Of a DNA stretch of 64,000 bases, positions 11,726-25,900 are shown one piece after another (the first letter of the stretch is position 1; each line of letters opens with the position of its first letter). Origin of the DNA: Pecten maximus (Eukaryota); NCBI RefSeq assembly GCF_902652985.1, contig NC_047019.1:6076001-6140000 (forward strand), in the 5' to 3' direction. The notes under the pieces were generated by a model. The model worked only from the letters and a program-made list of their open reading frames with translations. It searched no databases and was not told where the DNA came from. A program made the position numbers and the translations under genes.

Positions 11726-14700
11726 ATGGCGGAACCGAAAGTGTCAGAAATCACCAACAACTCAACGCGAGAGTTGCGGGCAGTTCCTGATGAGATAACG
11801 TTCGGATTTGTAGAGAATGCCATTAAAACATCATCTGCAAGCACAGGAAGCAGGGAGGTATCGAAAGGATACAAATATTTCAGTGAAAAGTATATCTATG
11901 ATATAAGAGGTTAGTCTAGCATGAGATCGTTTTGTTTTTACTTTCACTTTGTCTTTTCGAAGTCGTTTCGTCACAAATACATTCCAAAGTTTCTTCCTTT
12001 TCCAATTCTATAACAATATTTGTTTCTATGGCTTGCAATATTTATCCCTTGCGTTAAAGTATTGCTAAATAATTTGTTAAATATTGCAGGAAATATATCT
12101 ACAATGTAGCGAGGACGGTCACGGTACACTGTACGTGATTGTTTACAACAAGTACGTACGTACAGTGTATGACCATGTACGCCACCATACGTCAAACGTA
12201 TCTCTCAATCTTTATAATTTGTGGAAACCATAGCTCTGGTAGTCGTTGCTATTTTGTATTTGACCATCTTCCGCAACTATAAGTGCATGCATTGAAGTTC
12301 AGCAACGTGGGGCAATGTCAGGCTTTGGTTAGGTCCGGAATAATGTTCTGTCATGGCAAGAGCAATGTCTCTACTCAGAGTTAGAAAACATAACATTCTT
12401 ACTATTCAGGCCTTCATTTACTTCAGTGGACCCACTCTATACTAAAAAAAAATCCAAGGATCCAGTGGGTTTTTTAAAGAAAACAAAAAATTCTAGATTT
12501 CTAGTTGTACCATAATATTCATAGCAACTATTATTTTTTCCATTCCTGCTTTATCCAGGTGAAGCAGTAGTTTAGTTGAGTTCCAGTCTTGTTTATTTCA
12601 TTTAAAGTGCTTGTGGCCTACTGATCAGTTTAACTGGAACCAAAACTTTTGGCCTCTTTTGCTAATGGACCTCATTTCCTAGTCAGGATGCTCATCTGTT
12701 TGTTATTTCATTGATTGCGAGTTTATCTGTGTGAATCTATTCTCCTATTACACTGACATTTTGGTTTTTAAGATATTGATTGCATATATAAGTGGAATAA
12801 ATGAACCAACTTGTCTTATCAAAACATTATATTTAACAATAATTTTTTTTAATTTTTTTTTTTTTTTGTAGTCCATCAGATAGATCAGGGTTGCTTAATT
12901 CGTGCCAAGTCCTATCGATCACAGCGGAAAAATGAAGCTCCACATGATGTAGAGATAATTTTGGTAGAATATTTTGACTGATTATTTAGGACTTGTGTAG
13001 CTGATGCACTTTTAAAATTTGCAGATTTCGCATTCTTTACCAAGTCTTAATTCCAGAAGTAGCTTTGTCATACTTTATAGAAGGTCCACAACTACACAAA
13101 ATTTATGAAATTTTAAAGTATAATATTTTTACCATGAAAAGTGTAGAGAATGAATTTCCTTTCAGGTGTAATCCATCAGTTGAGGAACAATGCATTTAAA
13201 TGTAAGCCTTTTGATAGCTTAAACACATGTTACATAAGGTCATACATGCAGGTCAAAAAGTCCAAGTAATAATAATGGTTCTAGGTAATTACAAATGTAC
13301 ATACTGCCAGTGCTGGGATTGAAGTTACAAGTAGCAAGTTTTTAAGTTCCCAAGATACATATGTAAAACCTGCTTTAGCAACCATCTGTGTATAAAGACC
13401 TCTCGCTGTTGGACTTTTTTTGTCTCGAATGTAATATTTCAATACAAATTGACCTCAATATATCATTACCCTCCTTATTACTACAGGTTGTTATCAGAAA
13501 TGGTCCATCATTTGATAGCAGTTCCAGTAAGTGCTCTTGTGCTATTGGCTCTGGTGGCTGTTGTGGACATATTGCTGGTGTGCTCTATTCTGTTGCCCAT
13601 ATGAAAACAACTGGAGTGTTGGAAGTACCATCGGATGTAGCCAAAACATCTCTACCACAAACCTGGCACATTCCCAGAGGTGAAAAGATAGGTGGGTCTG
13701 TTTCAAGTGAGGTTACATTGCAAGGCTATGATCACAAATGCCCACAGCGTCAGACCAGAGGATTAAGGTCAACATTATATAATCCAATACCTTCTGGTGT
13801 GGAGAAACTTGATGTCCAGAAATTATGTGAAAACCTGTACAAAGTTGACAAAACATGTTTATTCTTGTCAAATGTATCTCTAAGCTCTCAACAAAAGGAG
13901 ATTGATACAAAATATGGAAAGTTTCCTAAAGGCTCTCCACTTGCCACCCAACAAAGACTCCACAGTGAGTTTGTATTAAATATCTTTGATGCTGAAGATT
14001 TTCCTAAGCTGCCCATGCAAAATGTCATGGTTAATGAACTACATGTGGTTCTTGAGTAAAGCAAGAACATTCAATTCAATTCATTGATGATCTCGGAGAG
14101 TCAGTCATTTGAAATCGAGGAAAGCACCCGTCTGCAATCCCAGGATCCCAAATGGTTTAGAATTAGGAGAGATAGGATTACAGCCTCAGTGGCGGGAGAT
14201 ATTGTAAAAAGGCAGAAAGGTATGTTAACAATAAGTGATAATAATAATAAATTATGTTGATGTTATTTGTACTTAATTTGTAGACACTCAGTTTTTGCTT
14301 TATTATACCATGTACATCTGACAGTTGTATAATCTCCTAATGTCACAATAATGTCATAATCAAGTCTACAACTCTATAATAAAAAAAAAAAAAAAAAACA
14401 TGACTAGATATGTTTATATTATGTGATATGTGAGAAATGTTATTGTGTATAGAACTGTATTATAGTAATCAACTATCTCTTATAGAAAAATGTTGAACAG
14501 TTCACAGCCTAGCCTTTTTTAAGTTTAATTTTTTTTTGTAAATGCACTTCTATTTTTCAGAGTATGATCCACTTGTCAAGAGACTTCAGTCAACAAGAAA
14601 AGTTGTAACTGCAAACATGCGACATGGGATAGCCAGTGAGCCTGTTGCAGCAAATGCATATGTGGAGGTACACAAATTAAAACATCTTAACAACACAGGA

Positions 14701-15467
14701 TGTAATATAACATTTGTTTCATTAGTTACGAGTTATTATTTGGAAACAAATTTCACTAGTCAATAAGTCTTATGACAGATATTTACCAGTTACACAGACA
14801 GACTCCAATCTCTTAATTATATTGACTTTTTAAAAAATATATATAAACAGAGTTATGAGGTATAAGAAGGAAACAAAAATACACTTTCTTAAATTAAAGA
14901 TATTGATAAGATAAATCATGGAAAAAACAGACAAAATAGAAATGATGAATTGAATGTTGTAAAAGTGTTACAAGTTTTTAATTTCCATATCAATTTATCA
15001 TAATGCACTTTATCAATTTAACTAACACATCTTTCTAGCTGATAATTTGAATCAGTGCTCTCTATTTCAATGTATTTTTTCAGAGGTTGAATGGAGAAGT
15101 GAACATGTATCCGTGTGGATTAGTAGTGAGTCCATGGTCCCCATGGTTGGCTGCATCACCAGACCGCAAAGTCTACTGCCCTACACTGAATCCTAAGTAT
15201 GGTCTACTGGAGATAAAGTGTCCTGTCAACCCTTTGTCAGAGTGCCAGTACCTCACCAAGGATGAAAATGGGTACAAACTGAAGGAGAGGCATAACTATT
15301 ATTACCAAGTTATGATGCAGATGGCAGTGACAGGGATGGAATGGTGTCACTTCTTTGTGTGGACACCTGAGGAAAGTCATTTGGAACTCATTCTTTTCAA
15401 TATGAATACATGGAAAGAAATGAAGGAAAAGATTGATGATTTCTTTTTTCACCATTATTTAAGTTAG
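11726..15467 (+). pseudogene. Transposon-borne SWIM zinc finger + YqaJ (lambda-exonuclease-like PD-(D/E)XK) gene. Exons ~11726-11909, 12872-~12954, 13487-14219, 14561-14667, 15084-15467
   Basis: KCSCAIGSGGCCGH (SWIM); QSQDPKWFRIRRDRITAS, LAASPDRKV, LLEIKCP, YYYQVMMQM (YqaJ). In-frame TAA at 14057-14059 within exon 3. Confidence 0.82.
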
Positions 15468-15656
15468 ATACAATTTGTAGTTGGATACAATTTGTAATCT
15501 GTTAATTGACTTTGTTATTGAAAGCTCAATAACTTTCATGAATCAAACTTAAAGAACATTTTATGACATACATGTAAAAATGTATCATTCATACTACCCT
15601 TACTGTTATTTGGCTAGTACTAATCCAAGGTATAGTTTATAACAATACAAGATAGC

Positions 15657-15937
15657 TTACTTCCAATCTTTGACAAGAGGTCCCTTGAATAATGTTAACA
15701 TATTTGCAACAGTCCATATTTGATTAATTGTTCCTACCATACTTAAGGGGATGATACTATCAAATAGGTGATACTCCTTGACTCTTCGGATATGCCTCTC
15801 AATGTGTATCCTCAACTTAGCAATTACCTAAGTCTGCTCCACTTCCACTTCGATAACTCCGGATGGCGGCGCCCATTTCCGTTACATAATGGTACACAAC
15901 AGTGTCTACCGTTCACAGAATCCAAGTTCGCCGCCAT
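15657..15937 (-). pseudogene. Collapsed transposase: THAP N-terminus fused to DDE_Tnp_4 C-terminus
   Basis: Minus strand reads MAANLDSVNGRHCCVPLCNGNGRRHPELS, then in another frame IAKLRIHIERHIRRVKEYHLFDSIIPLSM...KGPLVKDWK*. Confidence 0.8.
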
Positions 15938-16271
15938 CTTGTTTATGATGGTTACACCGGTAGCCTCGTTTTCGATTCGGAGGCGCGGCTTATGAATATT
16001 CTTTGAGAAAGGAGTATCTGGATCATCATATCATAGTAATAAAATAAACAATGTTTACCTCAGTGGTCAAGGCACGAGTTCTGACAAGCGCGCTATGGCA
16101 TCAACTAACTTATGACGAGATTTGTTGTATATTAATATATATATATTTATTTATTCCTATTCGTCGAGTACAACTACGACGGGAAATTCAAATATATATC
16201 TTCGGATCACCAACACATAGTACATGTGATACACTGTGCTAAATATTTGATATATAACATAATAATGCAAT

Positions 16272-16430
16272 TAAGGATTGATTGTCAATTTTGTTGCTTG
16301 CATGGACTGATGAAGGGAAGTAAACCTCGTGCAAATGAAGTGAACTGCAAAGCAGTTCATGTACCATTTGCACGAGGTTCACTTCCCTTCATCAGTCCAA
16401 GCAAGCAACAAAATTGACAATCAATCCTTA
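16272..16430. repeat. Fold-back (hairpin) element, MITE-like
   Basis: taaggattgattgtcaattttgttgcttg ... caagcaacaaaattgacaatcaatcctta; near-perfect ~65-bp arms with a small apical stem-loop. Confidence 0.85.
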
Positions 16431-16968
16431 TATTTACGTTAACCAAATTTAAAACTTCGCCACCACATTGCAAAATTCGGTCGCAACAGTGTGACGTAAG
16501 TGCGTCACTTTGTAACATTGTTATACTTATCGTACATGTGTGCACAGTAGTGGAACAGCAGACAGTCAACTATTCTCGTCGCCAAAACAACACAAGATAT
16601 AGTGCCATACACGTTTTGATTAATACGATGTTGATACACATAGATACGATATTTTCAAGGTAAAATATTCATTTATAACAAATATTTATGATATTGTATA
16701 ATAAAAACTTAGCAATACCCATATAAATACCAATTTAAAGTACAGTGTTGACAGTATAACTCGATCGCCATTGTAAACTCAGTGAATGTATTCACACGCC
16801 GGCAAGAATGTGATTTATCTCTCAGAACAGTAGCACGTGACCCAAAATCTTCAACGGGAAATGAAGTAATCTGAGTTTACTATGTTCATTGAGGCGGAGC
16901 GAAGTGAAAATGTAAATATTTGACGAAGGAATACAACTAAATATATATTAGTCACACCGGCACAAAAC

Positions 16969-19900
16969 ATGGCGCACTTAAAGAGAGTTGCTTGTAAAGC
17001 GATTGACGGGGTAGCTTTGAAACTAAACAAAATCAGTCAGGAATTATGGAAAAATTCAGAGATGAACTACAAAGAGCACCATGCTCACACCATACTGACT
17101 GATTTCCTGGAAAATCAAGGATTTCACGTTGACAAGAAGTACAAACTCGACACGGCTTTCCGGGCCACATTCGGAAACGATAGGAAGGGTCCACATGTGG
17201 CGGTGTTGTGTGAGTATGACGCACTGCCAGAGAATGGTCACGCATGTGGACACAACCTGATAGCAGAACTGGGCGTGGCAGCCGGGGTTGGAATCAAGGC
17301 TGCCATGGAAACATCCAGGCAACCTATCGGCAAGGTAAATGATTCCATTGATTCATGTATTATAAAATAACAACAATGTTTACTATCAATAAATATATCA
17401 ATGTAAATATGGGTCGAATTTCAATGTAACTTTTCACTTTCAATATTTTTTGGAGAATTATTGATCATTGGTTTGAAATTTAGAATCCAGTAAACATATT
17501 GAACAAGAATGCATTAAAACGTATAGTTAATTGGTCATCTATTTTGGTTATGAATTAAATTTCACTTAAGATCTTTTTAAGTATTTTTTTTTTTTTTTTT
17601 TTTTTTATTTCTTGATGGCAAAAAATGTGGAAGTGCATAGTTTTATCAAGGAAGCAATAAAAACATTAAATAAAGGAAATTTGTCAATTTTTCTTGTCCT
17701 TTTGTCATTTTGGCAAGGCACAAATATGGCAATATCACCATTATCATGTAAACAAGTACAGATAGATATAGGACTATAGTAAATGATACACAGAATGAAT
17801 AGTTTAAAACATCGCTTCGGCTGGCCGAAGGCTGTTCAGTGGACAGCTCTTGAATATTTTAATAGTAGCTGTCTTATCTTCGATGGCTGTGTCAATATAT
17901 TCAATACCTATATGTCGAACTTTATTTATATATACGACATGCATCAGCCTCGTACATTGGAAAAAATGAAAGTTTATCTGTTGGGATAATGGAACAAATC
18001 AAGCAGATCTTTGAAATCAAGAAGAAAAAAACTAACATTTTTTGTTTTTTCTAAAAAAAAAAGGCAGTAACTAGGATACATGCATTGTAACATAAAGTAT
18101 GTGATTATATCAAGTTATACTTTTTTTAAAGTGTAGAAAAAAAACAACATATGTAAAAATAAGATAAATATATGTATCAACACATGCTTTCACATTTCTC
18201 ATATGCATGTATAGGTTCATGCATGGATGTAAATGATGTAAATGATATAAATACCGTGATATACAGTACGCGTCAGGTGGTATGGTCCCCAATCACCGCC
18301 ACAGTGGCGAGGTCTAATCCCTTCCACTCACTCAGTCGGTTGCATGTCGGTTGAAACACCGGCTGACACCGGCTCAAAACCCGAGTGTTCACCTGTTTAC
18401 TGACACCGCGCGACACGGTGTGGAAGAGTGTTGGGGATTAGTGGAACAAAGGTCCTGATTCATGATTGACAGGTACACTGCCTGATACCGTGATGTGTTT
18501 GCTGGAACATACTTTGTCGTACAGTACAGGTACTCTGTAGCTGGACTTACATTTTGTACTTACAGTATCAAGAAACGTGATATATCTGATATTCACGTCT
18601 CTGCAGTATCCCAGCCCGGTGTTGAGAAAACGGGGATATTTTTTTATGTAATGAAATCACGATCTATACTAGCGATACTACAGATGCATTGTGTTGTAAA
18701 TGTACGGTACATATACACTCCAAATTATGTACGTTTTTAGTTTTTAAACCCTAGCTAGATGAGTACCACAAATGTTTACCGGGAAATCGAGAAAACAAAA
18801 CACTGTAACATTTAACGATATTTTGCCGCCTTATTGTTTGTGTTATTTATAGCAATATTGTGATTGGCGCGCGAGCGAGTAAATCCCGCTCGGCTTTCGA
18901 TTGACTTTGAAGTAAGTCTTGAATGATTAATATAATAATAACTTAACTAAAACAAAAAAAAAAGCATCTGACACTGCTGTCTGTTTATGTCCCCATTGAA
19001 CACTATACACCTGGCCTATCGTAGCACTACCATCACAAAGAATCCTGGATCTCGGAACAACTAAACCTGATATACACAAGTCTCTGATGAAATGTATCTA
19101 AACAGTTTGAACATCCTTTCGTAATATTCCGAGGTGGCATATTGAACAGAAAATATGTTATCGGTACTAGTGTATCGAGTGTACATGTGCTGACTTCACG
19201 TACATGTACACTTATAATATGCATAAGAGCCACGATATAATTATTACAATTTGACAGTTTGAGTATGAGTAGAGTTTTAAAGTAATTTTTTTCCGAATGT
19301 TAAATAAACAAAGAGTTGTCATGGTATCATTATGAAAACTTTATGAAGCCATATATATGCTCATGACCGCCTTTTTACTACCGGACGCTAATTATATAAT
19401 TAGTATATTAACCCATGAATCCAGACACGACCGCGGCTCTATCACACGCCTCGGTTACTTCAATGTACAGGCAGATACAATGTACGTATATTGTATATTT
19501 ACATAGATTCATATTAATTTCTGGTAAACTAAAAAAAAATATTTGGACGTATTACCAGAAACGCGTATTAGGGATAAATAAAATCGCTATTTACCCGTAC
19601 AACTCTCTTTTTATTCGTGACCAGTCAAGCATATCCCTTATCGAGAAGGCCTCGTCCCCTATCACACACGCGAGCACAGGTAAATCGGTCTTTGCTCATG
19701 AGGGTATCACTTCGGGGCAAATAGAGAGCTACTTATCTCTGTTATATATGTTTCTGGTATTACAAATTGTAGCACCTTTTCATTAAAATTTTTGATTTGT
19801 TCACAAGTTAAGGGAAATGTGTGCAATTTAAAAAAAATTAAGAACACAAACGATACATTTTTGTTAACGCGGCATGCATCAATAACTAGTTAAATATCGT

Positions 19901-22900
19901 TTTGATACAATACGGAATACGAACTTAAATATTTACATTTGCGCTGCATTGTCGCTATATGAACCAGAGACGGTCTCTGTATGAACCAACTAAAGTCTGA
20001 TTCGGTTCACGAGACTATGAACCTAAACAAGTATTAAAATGAACGTGCGATGAAAGTAAATACAAAAATGGCTTGGCTGATAAAAAAAATTCTGGTTACG
20101 GGTGCTGATGTTTCTATAAGATATAAGTAAAAAGAGTATTTTATTTATTTTTGAATTATGATTGCCGATGTAATACAATGTGAAGATATGCGACACGTTT
20201 CGCTCTGATGCGTTGATTGACACTCACTGCACCATTTGTGGGCGTGGTTTTAGAATGATGGATTGTGATTGGTTCGTATCGTTGGCAATATTACTCGTGT
20301 CAGCGATCAAATGTTTAAAACATAAAATTATTTTATGCTTACACAATTCAAATCAATACCATTTGCTCACCCTTGAATCGATATACAAATTCTTCATTAC
20401 ATTTACATGTACACGTGTATAAAGTATTGGAGTTTGTACTGCAAGACGCATCTTCGCTAGCCAAGGCTTCTGATTACGTTACACTCCACGAACGTTCGTG
20501 GAGTGTAACGTAATCAGAAGCCTTGGCTAGCGAAGATGTGCAAGACGAGGTTCGGGCGTTTTGTGTGGCGTGATGCGATGGAGACGGGTACGAAAACTCT
20601 ATGAGTTAGTGCTTGTTTTGAAAACACCAGAAATATTTTGTCTAAATTGATAATCATCCCACGTACTGATGCCTTACGAGGTATACTTGTGATAATTGAC
20701 GTCCGTGAGAGTAATAGCAGCTAGGACACGAGTTCGTTGCCAATTAATAAAAATTACGTATGACTTCATGATCATTCAGACAATCTACGGCTATACTGTA
20801 TTTTACGTTTTCTCAAAATCCGAAGGAGCATGTTAATGAAGTGTTACATGGTAAAACAATCAGTACAGGTAAAGGTGAAAGGTCGCAAAACTCTGACCAC
20901 GACCACGTCTCCAGCTGTGAGTCTTCACACCTTTTCCTACGATCTTAATCCCCTACACTCGTCAGACCCCGGCCGGTGGTGGCCGGTGGAAACACCCGAG
21001 TTGAAACACGGGGCGTACTTAATCCCCTACACTCGAGTGACACTCGTAACCCTGAGGGTGAAAGAGAACCATAACACCTGACGCGTACTGTATATATATA
21101 AGTGTATTGGTACATCAAACTACATGTATACATATGCAAAATTTCTGAAAGAAGGAAGATTAAGTTCTGGAGTTCACTTAAATTATGTGTATATTTTATT
21201 ACTATATTGTACATGTACACGTATGTGTGAAACTATCAAACGCAATTGGGGGCACTTGAGCAGATACTGCGGTTTCTCGCTCAAGTTTGTGGCGTTTTTT
21301 AAGTATTATTTTTACCCAACCTTTTATGCGAATAGTTTTTTGATATTGTTGTTGATTTATCTAATGGCATTTAATAAATGCTCAATTTTCGACAATATTG
21401 GTTTTTGCGTTTTTTGTTAGCATAAAACATAGCAGAGTTCACATGTGTGCTACACTGGGGAAATTACAGCTTAAACACGATAGTATAATAGTATTTATGT
21501 GCAACATAAAGGAATTTATACTATCTGTTTTTTGTTTATTATATTATTGTTTCGGAATTTCTATTTCCGGATTTGTTGTCTTATCCTTGCCGTACTTTAG
21601 TTCGGCTGTCCATAGGATCACGTGACTTCTTTGTTTATGTTCACTGGCGGAGACACCCCATCTTACCTCCTATGAATTATGTTCTAAAGCATGCTTGGGC
21701 GTTTTTTAAGTATTATTTTTACCCAACCTTTTATGCGAATAGTTTTTTGATATTGTTGTTGATTTATCTAATGGCATTTAATAAATGCTCAATTTTCGAC
21801 AATATTGGTTTTTGCACTTTTGTTAGCAGAGTTCACATGTGTGCTACACTGGGGAAATTACAGCTTAAACACGATAGTATAAATGCATCCAATTGTTTAG
21901 AAATAACAAGATGTGCAAAATGTCTGAAAATAGAAATCCGGCATGTAAAATACATGTATGTGTATATGGTTGAATGTGTATGTAACATTCAAGTGCATAT
22001 ATGTAAAGTGCATATTAAGATAAAAACATATATATATATTCAAAACATACAAAATTGGAGTATAAGTATAAATAAAATGTATGCATCTGTATGTTGTGTA
22101 TATGCATATATGATGTCAACCTTAGATGCAAGTGTTAAGTTCTCCACTACAAGACAACAATTAACCTCAATATGCATAATGTATCAGAAAGTAAAAGTGT
22201 AAATGTAAAAGGTTTGTATGCATATTTATTACATTTTTACCAGTGAAATATCAAAAATTATTCATTCTATAAAAGTGATATTTTTCACTAGTGAAAAATA
22301 TCATATTTATCATATTTTTCACCAGTGAAAAATATCACTTTTGCTGATTTGACCAATCAAATTAATGATTAGAAAATACCAAAATAATTGACCAATCAGA
22401 AAGCCCGACATATATGTCAGCACCTGGACAGGGAAAACTACTTTTTTGTTTACAAATTATCGCTGTAGTCCTAGTTAGCATACAGGGTAGGGTTTTCGTT
22501 GATAAAAAAATGTAATAAACAGAATATCTAACAGTGTCGTCAGTGATACCAAATATATTTCACTCGTGTGGCTAATATTTTGATATTTTTTACTCGTGCT
22601 GCGCACTCGTGAAAAATATCAAAGTATTAGCCCCACTCGTGAAATATATTTGGTACTACTGAAGACACTGTTAGATATCCTCTATGTATATACATGTGTA
22701 TGTACATGTTCCAATATAGGTGCATGTGTGTTTATTGCTTCCATATTTATACAGTTGGCTGTTTAAAGTATATGTTTATCAAACTTACCACTTATTGACT
22801 TTTAAGGTGACTGGAAAGATTAACTAAATGAAGGGCATAGTGAAGAAGGTGAAATGTCAGAATCACAAAAAATAGGTATACTGTCATTAATCTACAAAAT

Positions 22901-25900
22901 AAAATGATGAAGCCTTCTTACAAATCTGGAGACCTATCGCTCTGCTAAATGTGAATTATGAAATTGCAATTAATGTATTAGCACCAAGACTGAAATTTAT
23001 TGATTAATTATTATGTAAATACATGATATACATGTATTAGATTAATCAGAGAAATTTCAAATAAAAGAATTATTTTCAGGTCTTAAGAAGGCTTTTGATA
23101 CTATTTAACGTGATTTTATGCTAAAGGCTGTAAAACGTTTTAGATTCGTGGAATATTTTGTGTCTTGGGTTCGAATAATGTATTATGAAATTTGTACGGG
23201 TGTATATCTAATAATAATTGTATATCGGATACTCTGAACATGATGTTAGGAGTTGTAAAAGAGTAGATTAACTGGGAAAATATAGACTATAAAATTTATT
23301 AATGGAAAAAGTGCTATAATAAATGCACTAGTTATACCAAAAATTAATATTCCTACACATGAAGCATGTTAGTACTGAACTAATTTAGGGAAANNNNNNN
23401 NNNNNNNNNNNNNNNNNNNNNNNNNNNNNNNNNNNNNNNNNNNNNNNNNNNNNNNNNNNNNNNNNNNNNNNNNNNNNNNNNNNNNNNNNNNNNNNNNNNN
23501 NNNNNNNNNNNNNNNNNNNNNNNNNNNNNNNNNNNNNNNNNNNNNNNNNNNNNNNNNNNNNNNNNNNNNNNNNNNNNNNNNNNNNNNNNNNNNNNNNNNN
23601 NNNNNNNNNNNNNNNNNNNNNNNNNNNNNNNNNNNNNNNNNNNNNNNNNNNNNNNNNNNNNNNNNNNNNNNNNNNNNNNNNNNNNNNNNNNNNNNNNNNN
23701 NNNNNNNNNNNNNNNNNNNNNNNNNNNNNNNNNNNNNNNNNNNNNNNNNNNNNNNNNNNNNNNNNNNNNNNNNNNNNNNNNNNNNNNNNNNNNNNNNNNN
23801 NNNNNNNNNNNNNNNNNNNNNNNNNNNNNNNNNNNNNNNNNNNNNNNNNNNNNNNNNNNNNNNNNNNNNNNNNNNNNNNNNNNNNNNNNNNNNTTTATCT
23901 GATTTTTAAATAGCCTATATATAATATCAGTCAAATCTCTTTCCCTCGGGATATGGATGAACCGTTTCCCTCGGCCTTGTTAAATACGTGTAGTTCATCG
24001 GGTTTGTCCCCGAGGTGAAATGAGGTTTGACTGTTGACTGAGCCATGGAACAACTTATTTTACTTGTTTGAAGAATACCAAGACATCATTTAATATTTTA
24101 TACAGAAGCAACATTCTTAATTCAGTCGGAGTATTTTCCAGAATCAACGGGTGTAAGAAAAAGCTAAGAAACAAATTTTTTAAGTAAACATTCAGAATGA
24201 CGAAAGCGTTCTAAGCATCTGCCTTTTTGGGCAAAAGACAACCATATCTTAAATGTTTTCTGATTAAAACAGTAAACACTTTAGTTAAACATGCATTATA
24301 TTGTTATCATTATTTCCACTGTAGGTGACCGTGCTGGGAATTCCGGCAGAAGAAGGAGGTGGCGGGAAAGTTATTCTCATCGACAAACACGCCTTTGACA
24401 ATTTTGATGTGGTGATGACGTCACACCCTGAGCAAACAGATAGTGTGAGGCCGAATCTGATCACCATTCAGAGGTAAGGGATTGGTGTGAGGCCGAATTT
24501 GATCACCATTCAGAGGTAAGGGATTGGTGTGAGGCCCAATTTCATTGTCATTCAGAGGTAAGGGATTGGTGTGAGGCCGAATTTGATCACCATTCAGAGG
24601 TAAGGGATTGGTGTGAGGCCGATTTTGATCGCCATTCAGAGGTTAAACATTGTCTTAGAAGACATGATCGCAGGTGATCAGACGACATAGTAAACACGTC
24701 TTTCCTTAAGGCGGACGAAGTTTGATTCCCTGACGGACTAAGTAGATAGTCCTTTCCTTTGCCATTAAAAAAAATTAGAAATGGATTTCGAACTAACGTC
24801 AAACACATCTTAACCCAACCCCCCCAAAATATATCTTTCGTGTTTGTGTTACCTACAGCAAGTCAGCTGATAATTTTTTTAAAATTACAATATGATTTGT
24901 TTTTCTTTGTTTTAAAAGTTAAAACATGTTACAGGATAATTTATACTGTGTGTTTTGTTGTTTTTTGTGAATCATAATAATTACATATCATCTGATAATT
25001 ATACTACAATATATAGTAGTGTACATGTATACCGTTGGATTTATTGTATTGTACATACATGAACATAATTTACATAGTAAATGATGTAGTATTTGTCATA
25101 TTTAGTATTTTTAGCCTAATTACTTAAGTTATAGTAGTGGTCTACTCTGTTTCCAGGGTAACCGTGACTTATAAGGGCAAGGCCAGTCACGCCGCTGCAT
25201 TTCCCTGGAAGGGTATTAACGCACTGGATGCGGCAGTCACGTGCTACCAGACCGTGTCCTGCATGCGCCAACAGATGAAACCGACATGGAGAGTGAACGG
25301 TAGCTATTTATATTTCAAGAAGCAAGTAATTTCTCCGCTATTGTTTGCTGAGAGATGACCAACCCCTTGAAGGTTTGACAGACAGTTAGTATGGGATTTA
25401 TTGACGTGATATATTGGATATCATTTCAATTTTATTTCAATTAGATGTTCGTAACTTGTCAGCCAGTTTTACCTGTTTTCACTCACAGATACTCAAAAAC
25501 TAAGCAGCCTAAGGATCATGAATAATTAAGTTATTACTCTATTATATCTAATTTGCGATTTGTAATGGAACTTAACCCTGCGTATACTTTAAATCGGCAT
25601 AGGATGTGCATAATGAATATCATATTTTAGACTTACATTTCATTGGTGAAATTGGAGACCGTGATATATAGATATAGGACGACTATTTTACGTTATTACT
25701 ATTTTTTTTTTTTTTTTAACAGGAATAATAAAAAAAGGTGGTGTGAAAGCAAACATCATACCAGAAGAAGCTGTACTGCAATATTCCATCCGGGCACCGA
25801 ACAAGACGGAGCTTAATGTGCTGTTGGAAAAGATGTCTCATTGTTTCGAAAGTGCAGCTAAAGCAACAGGATGCAAGGTATAACATGTTGGCATTCGATA

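Larger units (their letters stand above)
11644..16017. mobile_element. ISL2EU/PHIS-type DNA transposon with internally deleted transposase
   Basis: Imperfect inverted ends: atactcctttct..aatattcat..tcgaaaacgaggctaccggtgt versus acaccggtagcctcgttttcga..atgaatatt..agaaaggagtat. Convergent YqaJ gene and THAP/DDE_Tnp_4 remnant. Exact termini uncertain. Confidence 0.8.

Noticed and set aside
23380-23934. 184-aa ORF
   Set aside because: It consists of the N gap.
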